A DNA stretch of 64,000 nt. Source: a virus. Lineage: Duplodnaviria; Heunggongvirae; Uroviricota; Caudoviricetes. The position numbers and the translations under genes were made by a program. Location of the stretch: the IMG/VR virus record IMGVR_UViG_2529292828_000009. One strand, 5' to 3'. Shown here in pieces: positions 52,606 to 62,363 of this stretch (positions are counted from its first letter, which is position 1; every line of letters begins with the position of its first letter). Below the pieces are notes generated by a model. The model searched no databases. It was not told where the DNA came from and saw nothing but the letters and a program-made list of their open reading frames with translations.

Positions 52606-54323
52606 TTAATACAACACTACAGCTTGGTATTTTGAGGGGCGACCTTAAGGTTGGAGTAGTCTCATCAATTTTTGCTCAAACAGTTAGAGCAAATTTAATC
52701 TATGCAGGGGAACTCAGCGGAACATATATAGAAGGTTGTAGATATGGAAAAGGAGAAGTTGGTGAAATATTATTAATAGAAGGACAACAATCTATTGTTC
52801 TTGGCCGTTTAATAGAGGTTAAATTACCAGAGCGAGATAGAGGTGAAATATCTGTCGGGTCTCAAGGAAACTTCAAAGTTGATGCTATCGGCATTATACA
52901 ACTTCTTGGAACTATTGATCCTTCAAATTTTAGAATTGATTCAGGAATCAAATCATATCCTCGATTAGGAGATCGAGTTTATTCTGCTCCCTTAGATTTT
53001 ATTTCTTTAATACCAGAATTAATTAATAAAGGAATTAAAGATAACGAGGAAGAAAGAATAGGTATTGTATTAGGCATTATATCTGGAGGGGCAACAAGTA
53101 TAGTAACTGTTGAACCTGATAAACTCTTCGGTCGTCATTGTGCTATCTTAGGAGCTACAGGCGGTGGAAAAAGTTGGACAACTTCCAAGTTAATTGAAGA
53201 GTGTTCGAATTACGAAAACTCTAAAACTATAATAATTGATGCAACCAGTGAGTATAGATCGTTTAAATCTGATTATTGTTTACATTACCATTTAGGTGCC
53301 CCAATAAATAAAAACATAAATTCTTTAGAATTTAGAATTCCACCTACCGACTTTGTTGAGTCAGACTTTATTGCCATGTTCGATCCTTCTGGAAAAGTAC
53401 AGGGTCCTAAGCTAAAAGAAGCGATAAAAAGCCTTAGATTAGTAGCTTTAGAACCTAGAATAGCAACCGATGGTATTTTAAAAAAAATCAATCAACCTAA
53501 AACAGATTATCGACGCGCAATGAATACTGGAGACAACTCTAAACTTGTTGATAATCCATCACAACCATTTGATATAACAAAACTTATAAAACAGATTGTA
53601 CAAGAATGTTGTTACGATAATGGAGATAATACTTGGGGAAACGCTGCAACTCAAGACTTAAGCTATTGCTCATCTTTGTTAACCAGAATTCAAGCAGTAA
53701 CGTATGCCAACTCGTTAAGGTCTGTTTTTAATAGTAACGAGGATATATCCACACTAGGTGAAATATTAGAAACTTTTTTACAATCTGATAAACGAGTCCT
53801 AAGGTTATGCCTAAGTGATGTTAGCTATGAGTTTTATGCTAGAGAAATTTTAGCCAATGTAATCGGCAGAAAACTTTTAACTTTAGCTAGGCTTGAAAAA
53901 TTCAGAACAAGACCGCTGTTAGTTATTGTTGATGAAGCCCATAACTTCCTTGGCAAACGGGTTGGTTCTGAAGATCATGCAATTAAACTTGACGCTTTTG
54001 AGATGATTGCAAAAGAAGGCAGGAAATATGGCCTTAATATATGCTTAACAACTCAAAGACCCAGAGATATCACTGAAGGTGTGCTTAGTCAAATTGGAAC
54101 CTTATTGGTTCATCGCTTAACAAACGACCGAGATCGAGAAGTCGTTGAGCGTGCATGCGGTGAAATTGATAAATCTGCAGCATCTTTTCTACCAAGTCTC
54201 AAACAAGGTGAAGTTGCTCTTGTAGGGGTTGACTTCCCTATTCCTATGACCATCCAGATAGATAAGCCAATATATCCACCAGAATCTGATTCTCCAGGCT
54301 ATTGCAATATATGGAAAAAATAA
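52602..54323 (+). CDS. HerA/FtsK-like ATPase (partner of SIR2-like protein)
   Basis: Walker A GATGGGKS, Walker B LLVIVDEAHNF; start overlaps upstream stop (ATGA). Confidence 0.75.
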   Translation: MINTTLQLGILRGDLKVGVVSSIFAQTVRANLIYAGELSGTYIEGCRYGKGEVGEILLIEGQQSIVLGRLIEVKLPERDRGEISVGSQGNFKVDAIGIIQLLGTIDPSNFRIDSGIKSYPRLGDRVYSAPLDFISLIPELINKGIKDNEEERIGIVLGIISGGATSIVTVEPDKLFGRHCAILGATGGGKSWTTSKLIEECSNYENSKTIIIDATSEYRSFKSDYCLHYHLGAPINKNINSLEFRIPPTDFVESDFIAMFDPSGKVQGPKLKEAIKSLRLVALEPRIATDGILKKINQPKTDYRRAMNTGDNSKLVDNPSQPFDITKLIKQIVQECCYDNGDNTWGNAATQDLSYCSSLLTRIQAVTYANSLRSVFNSNEDISTLGEILETFLQSDKRVLRLCLSDVSYEFYAREILANVIGRKLLTLARLEKFRTRPLLVIVDEAHNFLGKRVGSEDHAIKLDAFEMIAKEGRKYGLNICLTTQRPRDITEGVLSQIGTLLVHRLTNDRDREVVERACGEIDKSAASFLPSLKQGEVALVGVDFPIPMTIQIDKPIYPPESDSPGYCNIWKK

Positions 54324-54326
54324 TTA

Positions 54327-54346
54327 GTAGGGTCTTTGACCCTACT
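54327..54346. terminator. Bidirectional hairpin terminator between convergent HerA-like gene and int
   Basis: GTAGGGTC-TTTG-GACCCTAC with T-rich flanks on both strands. Confidence 0.45.
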
Positions 54347-54361
54347 TTAAAATTTTTAAAG

Positions 54362-55633
54362 CTAGATAGTTTTTTTTGCAAAGTCGTAGGGGGTTATATA
54401 TTCCTGAGTGTTAGCATCAAGATAATCGGCCCACCACTGAACCATTAAACGACGCTCATCCAAATGCTCTGAAGTATGAATATAAGCAGCCCTAACGCTA
54501 TTACGCTCAGAGTGGCTTAGCTGACGTTCTATCGCGTCATCACTCCACAACCCTGATTCGCCCAAAGCACCGCGCGCCATAGTTCTGAATCCATGCCCGC
54601 AAACTTCGGTTTTTGTGTCATACCCCATTGTGCGCAAAGCACTGTTAACCGTGTTTTCACTCATAACTTTAGTTGCGTCATGATCTCCCGGAAACAGTAG
54701 CTCTTTATCACCACTAATCTGCTTAAGCTGCTCTAACAAAATCATCGCCTGCCGACTAAGCGGAACGATATGCTCCTCTTTCATCTTCATCCCACGGTAC
54801 GAGTAACGGACACCTTTAATTTCTTCTCGTTTTGCCGGTATACGCCAAAGAGATTTATCGAAGTCGAATTCATCCCAGCGAGCGAAACGCAACTCACTGG
54901 AACGCACAAAAGTTAGTAAGGAAAGCTCGACTGCAATCCGTGTCATTAAACGGCCACGATATGCAGCAAGACGTGCAAGAAACTCAGGGAAACGGTTAGA
55001 GGGTAAAGCTGGATAGTGTCGTGCTTTGGTTGTCGATAAAGCACCAGCCATATCACTGGCTGGGTTTGAGTCGATATAATCGTTCTGTACGGCATAACGC
55101 ATAATAGCTGTAACACGCTGCTGAAGACGCTGCGCGACGTCATGCTTACCACTGGCATCAACTTTTTTAATCGGGGCTAACAGGTGGCTTGTTTTAAGCT
55201 GGCGGATATCGGACGATCCGATATGAGGGAAGATATAAAGCTCAAGATAGCGAAGAACGCGCGCTCTATGGTCTTCACTCCAGCGCTTGTTACTGGCATG
55301 CCATTCACGAGCGATCGTTTCGAAAGTATATGCCCCCGATTTCTCGGCCTGAGCCGCTTTCTGCTCGGCTTTTGGATCAATACCCTGCACTAATAATCTT
55401 TTAGCTTCATCACGTTTTGCCCTTGCCTGGGCAAGTGTCACAGTAGGCCAAACGCCAAAAGCGAGGCGATCCTCTTTTTTGTCTGAAGGGCGTCTGTATT
55501 TCATACGCCAGTATTTAGATCCCTTGGCCGAAACCTCAAGATACAAACCGCCACCATCGGCCATTTTGTAGGTTTTGTCTTTTGGCTTTGCGGTCTCGAC
55601 CAGTCTGGCGTTGAGCTTCATTTGGGGGCACAT
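54362..55633 (-). CDS. P4-type tyrosine integrase
   Basis: 423 aa; C-terminal R...H..R...Y catalytic pattern; adjacent to att repeat. Confidence 0.9.
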   Translation of the reverse strand: MCPQMKLNARLVETAKPKDKTYKMADGGGLYLEVSAKGSKYWRMKYRRPSDKKEDRLAFGVWPTVTLAQARAKRDEAKRLLVQGIDPKAEQKAAQAEKSGAYTFETIAREWHASNKRWSEDHRARVLRYLELYIFPHIGSSDIRQLKTSHLLAPIKKVDASGKHDVAQRLQQRVTAIMRYAVQNDYIDSNPASDMAGALSTTKARHYPALPSNRFPEFLARLAAYRGRLMTRIAVELSLLTFVRSSELRFARWDEFDFDKSLWRIPAKREEIKGVRYSYRGMKMKEEHIVPLSRQAMILLEQLKQISGDKELLFPGDHDATKVMSENTVNSALRTMGYDTKTEVCGHGFRTMARGALGESGLWSDDAIERQLSHSERNSVRAAYIHTSEHLDERRLMVQWWADYLDANTQEYITPYDFAKKTI

Positions 55634-55784
55634 TTCTAATCGAAGTCAAGATGCCCCTAATTATGCCCCCAATGGCATCCGGATTTCAACGGACAATCTC
55701 GGACGACTCCGGACATAAGAATCACTGTACTCATTGAATTATAAGGAACAATTGGACTTTCTCGGATGATCTTGGAAGTGCTAA

Positions 55785-55808
55785 TGGTGCCGAAGGCCGG
55801 ACTCGAAC
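55785..55808 (-). repeat. att repeat: 24-nt copy of a tRNA 3' end (tRNA-Leu-like), not an intact tRNA
   Basis: TGGTGCCGAAGGCCGGACTCGAAC is the reverse complement of ...GTTCGAGTCCGGCCTTCGGCACCA; sequence beyond it does not continue as a tRNA. Confidence 0.7.
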
Positions 55809-56155
55809 ATCGCAACTATCCTTATGATCTTTAGTAATTAAAGCAATCTACATTGTCGATGATACCATCATTGATACCATCAGACCCGATTGATGATAAT
55901 CGAACAGTAATAAAATATGACTAAACAATTTATGCTTCAACATAAGATTGAATGCTTTGATCTACCATTTTAATGCAGTGGAAAAATTTTTAACACAATA
56001 CTTAAGAAAAATAATTTCATATAAAAACTACATTTCATTTCATATAGTTAACACACCAAAAACAACTGTATATAAACCCAGTAAAAAATGGTAGAATCAC
56101 TATTGTGTTCAATTGTTGAACATTTATAATACATTTGTCGGATAGGGGGGTGTTT

Positions 56156-56743
56156 ATGCAAAGGAACACATACAACAAAGTAGGTCTATACATCCTATCT
56201 TTAGCTATGCTTTTTGTTTTTATTATTATCCTGACTGCCAAAATCCCCTTTTGCTTCACTTCGGATTGTAGCTTCATAGGTTTGAAGAGACTTGTATTAA
56301 CAAATATTGTTCCTATTGTTTGCTTTGTATTTTTTCTATTTAGTATTTATTTTTATAATAGATTAAAAAACATAACAAAATACAATGGACAAGATAGCGT
56401 TAAAATAACATCATGTCAAAGCGAAAGCTATGAAAGTTTAACATTCTTAGCAACATACATTGTACCTTTTATGGGGTTTAGTTTTGAAGACATGCAAAAG
56501 AATATAGCATATCTTTTGCTTGTAGTAGTAATAGGCATTATTTTTATTAAAACAGACAAGTATTATGCGAATCCAACTTTAGCTCTGTTTGGCTTTAAAC
56601 TATACAGGGTAAATATACTACACCCAGGAAGTGGAGAAACAAAAAATCTGATAGCTATTTCAAATGATGTATTAAAAGTGGACGATAATGTTTATTATAG
56701 TTTCTTTGATGAATTTGTTTTTATAGCAAGGAAAAAAATATGA
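56156..56743 (+). CDS. Four-TM membrane protein, KwaA-like (putative Kiwa component)
   Basis: Four hydrophobic helices; GGGGGG RBS before ATG; ATGA overlap with downstream gene. Confidence 0.45.
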   Translation: MQRNTYNKVGLYILSLAMLFVFIIILTAKIPFCFTSDCSFIGLKRLVLTNIVPIVCFVFFLFSIYFYNRLKNITKYNGQDSVKITSCQSESYESLTFLATYIVPFMGFSFEDMQKNIAYLLLVVVIGIIFIKTDKYYANPTLALFGFKLYRVNILHPGSGETKNLIAISNDVLKVDDNVYYSFFDEFVFIARKKI

Positions 56744-57687
56744 CTACTCAGCAGTTAAAAGAAAAAATTTCAAAAATAATTGATAACTTTAGCGGAATCA
56801 GGGTTGTATTTACTACTACTGCTAATGAACTAAAGCTTTCCAGAATTGAAGGGAGTGCATTAAATAGCATAGCTGAAGGGTTTATTGACAAAATCAAAGA
56901 AGACATTATAAATAATGAAGATCTCACCTCACCATTGCTGTCCAATTTTGATGATAGAAAAAATGCCTTGTTTAAATTTGATTACGAACAATATCCTGAA
57001 GAATTTAACAAAATCACTCAGGCCATCGCTATCCCTCCTAACTCACAAGATTATTATAACCCTTTAAATAAATTCACAGATGTGAAAGGAATTATAATTT
57101 TAATAAGTGGAGATAACAAATGCCTGGCTCTTTATAAAAACAAAACTAACCTTGCAGTATTGAGAAATAGCAGAAAAATGTTTAATTTAGTCCCTGACCC
57201 TGATGGATACTTGAAACAACTCCCTAATGAGATATTACGGTTAGATTTCAATTATGATCTATTATCAATTGGTGAGGATTTTTACATTAAAAATCACAAG
57301 ACTCTTGAAACTCAAATGAAATTTCATCAAGTGATTGAAGCCCAGGCAGTTATTGCTTTAAATTCTTTACGGGATTCACTACTAATTGAAGACATATCAG
57401 GTTTAGAAAAGAGTTCGAGAGAAATTTCATTCGCTAGAAAGTTGGCAAAAATCTCCAAACATTCTCCTGTTTTGGGGAAAATAGATACTAAAACAATTAT
57501 CGATTATGTATCCCAACATAAATATTTATCTGCAATACTTCAGATTAATGAAGCAGGAAATAAGTTATTAATTAAAACCAAGACATCACAGAAGCATTTC
57601 ATTAAACTCATGAGCGATGATTATTTACAATCAGATCTAACTAAAATAATATACATGAGCATAGCAAAAGACAGATTAGATGAATAG
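56740..57687 (+). CDS. Soluble ~315 aa protein, KwaB-like (putative Kiwa component)
   Basis: Size and operon architecture match Kiwa; no motif verified. Confidence 0.4.
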   Translation: MTTQQLKEKISKIIDNFSGIRVVFTTTANELKLSRIEGSALNSIAEGFIDKIKEDIINNEDLTSPLLSNFDDRKNALFKFDYEQYPEEFNKITQAIAIPPNSQDYYNPLNKFTDVKGIIILISGDNKCLALYKNKTNLAVLRNSRKMFNLVPDPDGYLKQLPNEILRLDFNYDLLSIGEDFYIKNHKTLETQMKFHQVIEAQAVIALNSLRDSLLIEDISGLEKSSREISFARKLAKISKHSPVLGKIDTKTIIDYVSQHKYLSAILQINEAGNKLLIKTKTSQKHFIKLMSDDYLQSDLTKIIYMSIAKDRLDE

Positions 57688-57700
57688 AATTTTAAGTAGA

Positions 57701-57745
57701 AGTGACAAATATTATAAACCATTCTTGAAATATATTTGTCACTAT
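57701..57745. terminator. Inverted repeat between convergent genes (bidirectional terminator candidate)
   Basis: GTGACAAATAT ... ATATTTGTCAC. Confidence 0.35.
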
Positions 57746-57751
57746 TACTAA

Positions 57752-58423
57752 TCATTCGCGTGCTTGATTATTTATGCTGGATGTTCTAATTGTTGCCGAA
57801 TGCCAATACCCACCACTATATGTTCTTGCTATAGTAATAAATCCAGTACAGGTAATTACTGTCATTAAAATCAGGAAAATATAATAGAAATTAAGCGGAG
57901 CTTTCAAATCAAAAGGAGGTAACGAATACACCAGCAACCCTATCCATACAATAGTTATAAATAAACTAATAATTTGGTTTATCTTAGATACTGATATTGG
58001 AGATGGACCAGTAAGTAAATGAACCGAAAACTCTTTTATTCCTTTCGGTTTTGCACGAGATAACACCACTTTATATAGTGGACCATTAATATTATCTTCT
58101 AACATATCGACATGTTTTTCCCAGTTTCCCTGCCAATATTTACTACCACGGTTAACACAGAGCCAACCGAATGAAAATACAATTCCCAGTGAACACAGTA
58201 ATACGGATAAATCTGTCTTAGCTGTAGAAGAGGAAGTCTGTATAGCAACAAAACCAGCTAAAGTTGCCGCTATAAAAGTCCAGAAATAAGTTGCTCTTTT
58301 CCAGTAATGGTCTATCTCATATTTCCGTATATCTAAAGCCTGTAGCAGAGCATTCTTATTACAGTCTCTATCATTAAGAAAACGGCTACGATATTCCTCA
58401 TCTGAAAATGGAGTAATTGGCAT
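57752..58423 (-). CDS. Four-TM membrane protein co-oriented downstream of the RM fusion gene
   Basis: 223 aa; four hydrophobic helices. Confidence 0.55.
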   Translation of the reverse strand: MPITPFSDEEYRSRFLNDRDCNKNALLQALDIRKYEIDHYWKRATYFWTFIAATLAGFVAIQTSSSTAKTDLSVLLCSLGIVFSFGWLCVNRGSKYWQGNWEKHVDMLEDNINGPLYKVVLSRAKPKGIKEFSVHLLTGPSPISVSKINQIISLFITIVWIGLLVYSLPPFDLKAPLNFYYIFLILMTVITCTGFITIARTYSGGYWHSATIRTSSINNQARE

Positions 58424-58475
58424 ATTGATTTACCTCTATTTATAATAGTAAAAGAGGGGTCCCCCCCCCTCTTTT

Positions 58476-61400
58476 TTAGTTATTTTTAAACAAAACCTTT
58501 ACTATTCCATCTATATCCCTTAGGAAACTCTCGAAAGAGGATCTATTAGCCTTAGCTTCATGAGCCTTTTTTGAAAGTTCAGACAGCTCACGATGCTTTT
58601 TATTACCTTCATCATAAAGAGGAACATTAATTGGAGGTCTGATTTTAAAAGTTCTGCTATCACTGGACTTCAGAATGTACTCCCCAGTGATTGATGAGTT
58701 AAAAATAGCACAAATGTAATGTGCCTCATCCAGGGTAATAAATTTACCATCTTGCCTCTGAGATATACTCACAGCATGGTTCTGAAATAAAGGTCTCTTT
58801 TTGTCACCCCATGGAGTATCCATTTGACTCACAACTGCTGCTGCCCATTTAGTGTTATCACGAAAACAAACAAAATGATCACCATAAGTATATTCACCTA
58901 CACGAGCCAATGCGTAAAATGCAGTAATATTGCTTTTACCTATGATTTTGTCATTGTATCGAGTCTGCGACTCTAATAACTGTTTATTATTAATGAAATA
59001 GTCAGCCAACATAGGGCTTTCTTTAACAAGCTCATCTACAGGTATCGGTTTACGACTCAATTCTCTATATGGAAAGGGTACGAAGAACTCAACATCTTTT
59101 ACCCCAAAAGGTTCAATATTTGTTCCTTTAATCAGGGGGTATATATGCTTGGTTTCAGCAAAAATCATTTGTTTTGCCACTTTATACTTAGACTTGCCAC
59201 CCTGATAATTTTCAAAAATTGCAGTGTTGTTAGCTTTTTTTGTCTTAAATTTCCATAAGAATAATTCTTGAGGGAAAAATTCAATCCCTTCCCTGCCATG
59301 ATATTCGCAATATCCACTGATATTTCTGTAATCATTGAGTTTTTCGGAATCTGAAGCATATGTAAAGGCTGTATTGCTTACACTAACAGTGCCAGCGATC
59401 TCTTTACGGATAGAGAACTCATGCGAAATAGCATTAAAATGCGTATGCTGTGAGTAGCTATCAAGGCTTCTTCCGGTTTTATTTTTCGTCAAAAATGTTA
59501 AAGGTATCCCTTTTAAATAATCGACATTTTTTGACGAGAATAAATAAGTCGCAAACTTGATTGTAACAGGCTTGAATGGATGCCCGGATTCACTCCAGTC
59601 GTATACCTCTTGGAGATATAGTTTTTGGTTATCCCCAAAGTTAAACTCTCGAAATCCTTCATATGTTTGCTGGAAAAGGATATTTTGAGGCATAAGGAAT
59701 GCCAATATGCCATCTTTCTCTAACCAGTTTTCAGCAGATACATTAGAAATTAATGCACAAATGTTAAGGTTTATACCACCAGTAAGCCTATCACCAGAAA
59801 ATAGGCTCCTACTTAAGCATAAGCCTTTAATTCGTTCTCGATATCCTGCAGGTAAATTTTTCCAGTCAATCCATGGTGGATTACCAACAACCATATTAAA
59901 TTTGCCTAAGTTTGCAGTGGTCAAAAAATTAGTGACTATTCTAGCCCAAATTCCATTCCAGTCTCTTTCTTCTAGTTCGACAAACTTATCTGATAAAGTT
60001 TTTAATTTTTCATAAATGCTAGGAGAACTACTAATATCCCCACTTACTTCGATTAATTTTGCAAAAACACTATCACGATCTCGAAGTTTAATATATCGTT
60101 CAATATCAACAATTGCTTTTGAGAACTTATGAGAATCACTCAAAGCTTGAGTAGGCATCTCGATATAAATCGAGCCTTGCAAAGTATTTATTTCGTATCG
60201 CAAACAGTCAATGCCATCAATTATGACCTTTTCTGGAACATACGATGCGTCACCAAGATAAATTGGAATTTCAACTTCGCTACCTTCATCAAGCAAATGT
60301 GATATATTGATGAAATAGTTGATTCTTGCAGTTAAAGCTGCAAGAGGATTTAAATCAATACCTTTGACAGATGTTATGACATCTTTTAATTTAGCTTTGC
60401 TATCAGTATGAGTACGACTCAGAACTTTACCTATTAATGTAATTATAAAGGTTCCGCTACCACAACATGGATCAATTGCAGTCCAGTTGTTCTTATTTAC
60501 AACATGCTCTTCAGCAGAGGATATCAAATGCTCTGCAAGCCATTCAGGAGTGTAAAATTCTCCAAGAGAATGTCTTACTTTATCAGGAATAATGTTCATG
60601 TATAGATCTTTGAAAAGATCGTATACTTTTTCACCCTCTTTGAAAAGGTTTCCTTCCTCATATTCACTTAGTAATGAAAATATATTTTTAATACTAATGA
60701 ATATATCATCTCCCCATTGTTCCTTAGTACAATACCAAGAGAAAAAGTCACCTTCCAGCAGGTTCAAAATCCCATACTTCCTGAAAATAGCACCTTCTTC
60801 TAATGTGTATAAATAGTTTCTCATTGATTCAGAGTTACTATTGATCATATCTGAAAAATTATAATCATTTTCAAATACAAGTCCAGATAATGTTTTATAA
60901 GCTATTATTTTTACAATAATCGCATATGCAGTCTGGAGAGCATAAAGAACTTTATATTCATCATCGTTAGTAAGTAACCTATGACCAGCAATATCTTCAA
61001 GTGATAACTTTCGTTCTAAAATTGCTGTTTGCTGAGATTTATCATCATGTGCAAGTCTAAATAGCTCCTTCCATTCGTTGAAGAGCATTTGAGAGCGGCC
61101 CGTCATGTTATTTTCAAGAGCCGAAAGAAGATTACCTATTAATTGAGTTGTTAAAGATGGAGATCCATAGCAAAAATCATCAACGATGTTTTTTGGATGC
61201 AATGCCTTCTTATTCAAAAGAACTAAAAGCCCGCAAATTTTTTTAATTGCATTCTTATCAAGCGGTTGCAACTTTGATGTTAAAATGCCATCAGTATCAC
61301 GAATAAGGTAATTAATACCGTCTGTTAGCACTCCAACATAGCGTTGATTCCCTTCTAACTTTAAAGAATCAAGGTAAGCCTGGATTTGAAGCACAGCCTT

Positions 61401-61754
61401 ATTAATATCATTATCTTTTTTTAATTTCTCTCTATGCTTAAACTCTATTACTAAAGATCCAATACGACTATCGATACGCCCCTTACTGTTGCTTCTGCCG
61501 GTCGTGTTGTATTTAATACCATCAATAAAAATTTCTTTTTCGGGACGGTAATCAATACCAATGAAATCTTTAATGAAAGGAATAAAAGCAAGGTCGAAAC
61601 CAGAAACAACTTCTGCTTCATTTTTGGCTAAATATGAGGACTCATTAATTTTTTTAGATATAATATCAGCAGCTAAAAGAAAATCTGAGTCAGTAACAAT
61701 CTTTTCTTGAGCTTTGAACTTAATTTTTTTTTGAATTTCTTCTAACACAGCCAT
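58476..61754 (-). CDS. Type IIG-like restriction-modification fusion enzyme (N-terminal PD-(D/E)xK-like nuclease + N6-adenine methyltransferase)
   Basis: EFYTPEWLAEHL, motif I DPCCGSGTFI, motif IV GNPPWIDW; N-terminal D...EFK; ~470 aa C-terminal region as target-recognition domain. Confidence 0.7.
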   Translation of the reverse strand: MAVLEEIQKKIKFKAQEKIVTDSDFLLAADIISKKINESSYLAKNEAEVVSGFDLAFIPFIKDFIGIDYRPEKEIFIDGIKYNTTGRSNSKGRIDSRIGSLVIEFKHREKLKKDNDINKAVLQIQAYLDSLKLEGNQRYVGVLTDGINYLIRDTDGILTSKLQPLDKNAIKKICGLLVLLNKKALHPKNIVDDFCYGSPSLTTQLIGNLLSALENNMTGRSQMLFNEWKELFRLAHDDKSQQTAILERKLSLEDIAGHRLLTNDDEYKVLYALQTAYAIIVKIIAYKTLSGLVFENDYNFSDMINSNSESMRNYLYTLEEGAIFRKYGILNLLEGDFFSWYCTKEQWGDDIFISIKNIFSLLSEYEEGNLFKEGEKVYDLFKDLYMNIIPDKVRHSLGEFYTPEWLAEHLISSAEEHVVNKNNWTAIDPCCGSGTFIITLIGKVLSRTHTDSKAKLKDVITSVKGIDLNPLAALTARINYFINISHLLDEGSEVEIPIYLGDASYVPEKVIIDGIDCLRYEINTLQGSIYIEMPTQALSDSHKFSKAIVDIERYIKLRDRDSVFAKLIEVSGDISSSPSIYEKLKTLSDKFVELEERDWNGIWARIVTNFLTTANLGKFNMVVGNPPWIDWKNLPAGYRERIKGLCLSRSLFSGDRLTGGINLNICALISNVSAENWLEKDGILAFLMPQNILFQQTYEGFREFNFGDNQKLYLQEVYDWSESGHPFKPVTIKFATYLFSSKNVDYLKGIPLTFLTKNKTGRSLDSYSQHTHFNAISHEFSIRKEIAGTVSVSNTAFTYASDSEKLNDYRNISGYCEYHGREGIEFFPQELFLWKFKTKKANNTAIFENYQGGKSKYKVAKQMIFAETKHIYPLIKGTNIEPFGVKDVEFFVPFPYRELSRKPIPVDELVKESPMLADYFINNKQLLESQTRYNDKIIGKSNITAFYALARVGEYTYGDHFVCFRDNTKWAAAVVSQMDTPWGDKKRPLFQNHAVSISQRQDGKFITLDEAHYICAIFNSSITGEYILKSSDSRTFKIRPPINVPLYDEGNKKHRELSELSKKAHEAKANRSSFESFLRDIDGIVKVLFKNN

Positions 61755-62363
61755 CGTTACATCTCTATGTTACATAGCAAATTTCTTATAATTTTACCAC
61801 ATTTCAATAAATATTTCATCATGTTTGTTTGGTATTATCCATACACTTGAGAAAAGTTAATTTCACAATTAAGCAAGGGCTAACTCTCCGAAGCTCCGCT
61901 TCTTATAGTTCCCCTTGATTTTCTTTCTTTCAGTCAGAAAATACAGACATTTCATCATGAAAATTGATAATTTATTTTTAGTATTAAAGTATTATCTCAC
62001 CTTATCGCCGAACCGATTTGAGATTTAGTGCAACTATAAGTATAGTTCCCCTGACAAATAGCTTTCTTATTTAAGTAACGGTTAAACGATAGGGCCTCAC
62101 TACTGGTGCCAATCATGCCATACTCTCAAATGCTACCCCTGCAGACAGGGCTCTACTACCGTAAAGCTGGCATAAAGTATTATAGTTACCTCTCTTAAAA
62201 GGAATTTCTAACTCATGTACCAGATCTACATGAGTTCTACATCCCCCTGATGAACTTAGCAGTGATAGCTAACCGATACTGAAGTGTACTGCTGAGTGAT
62301 TTGACAAATAGAAAATATTAAGCTATAACAGTTGTATCCTACAGGATACAACATGAGAGCATT

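Larger units (their letters stand above)
44132..55808. mobile_element. P4-like satellite element (~11.6 kb) integrated at a tRNA 3'-end-type site
   Basis: Flanking direct repeats; P4-type gene set (alpha, RNA immunity region, AlpA, Sid-like, Psu, Delta/Ogr, integrase); size close to P4. Confidence 0.75.

Noticed and set aside
55785-55808. Possible tRNA gene
   Set aside because: Only the 3' 24 nt of a tRNA is present; flanking DNA does not form the rest of a cloverleaf; treated as an att repeat.
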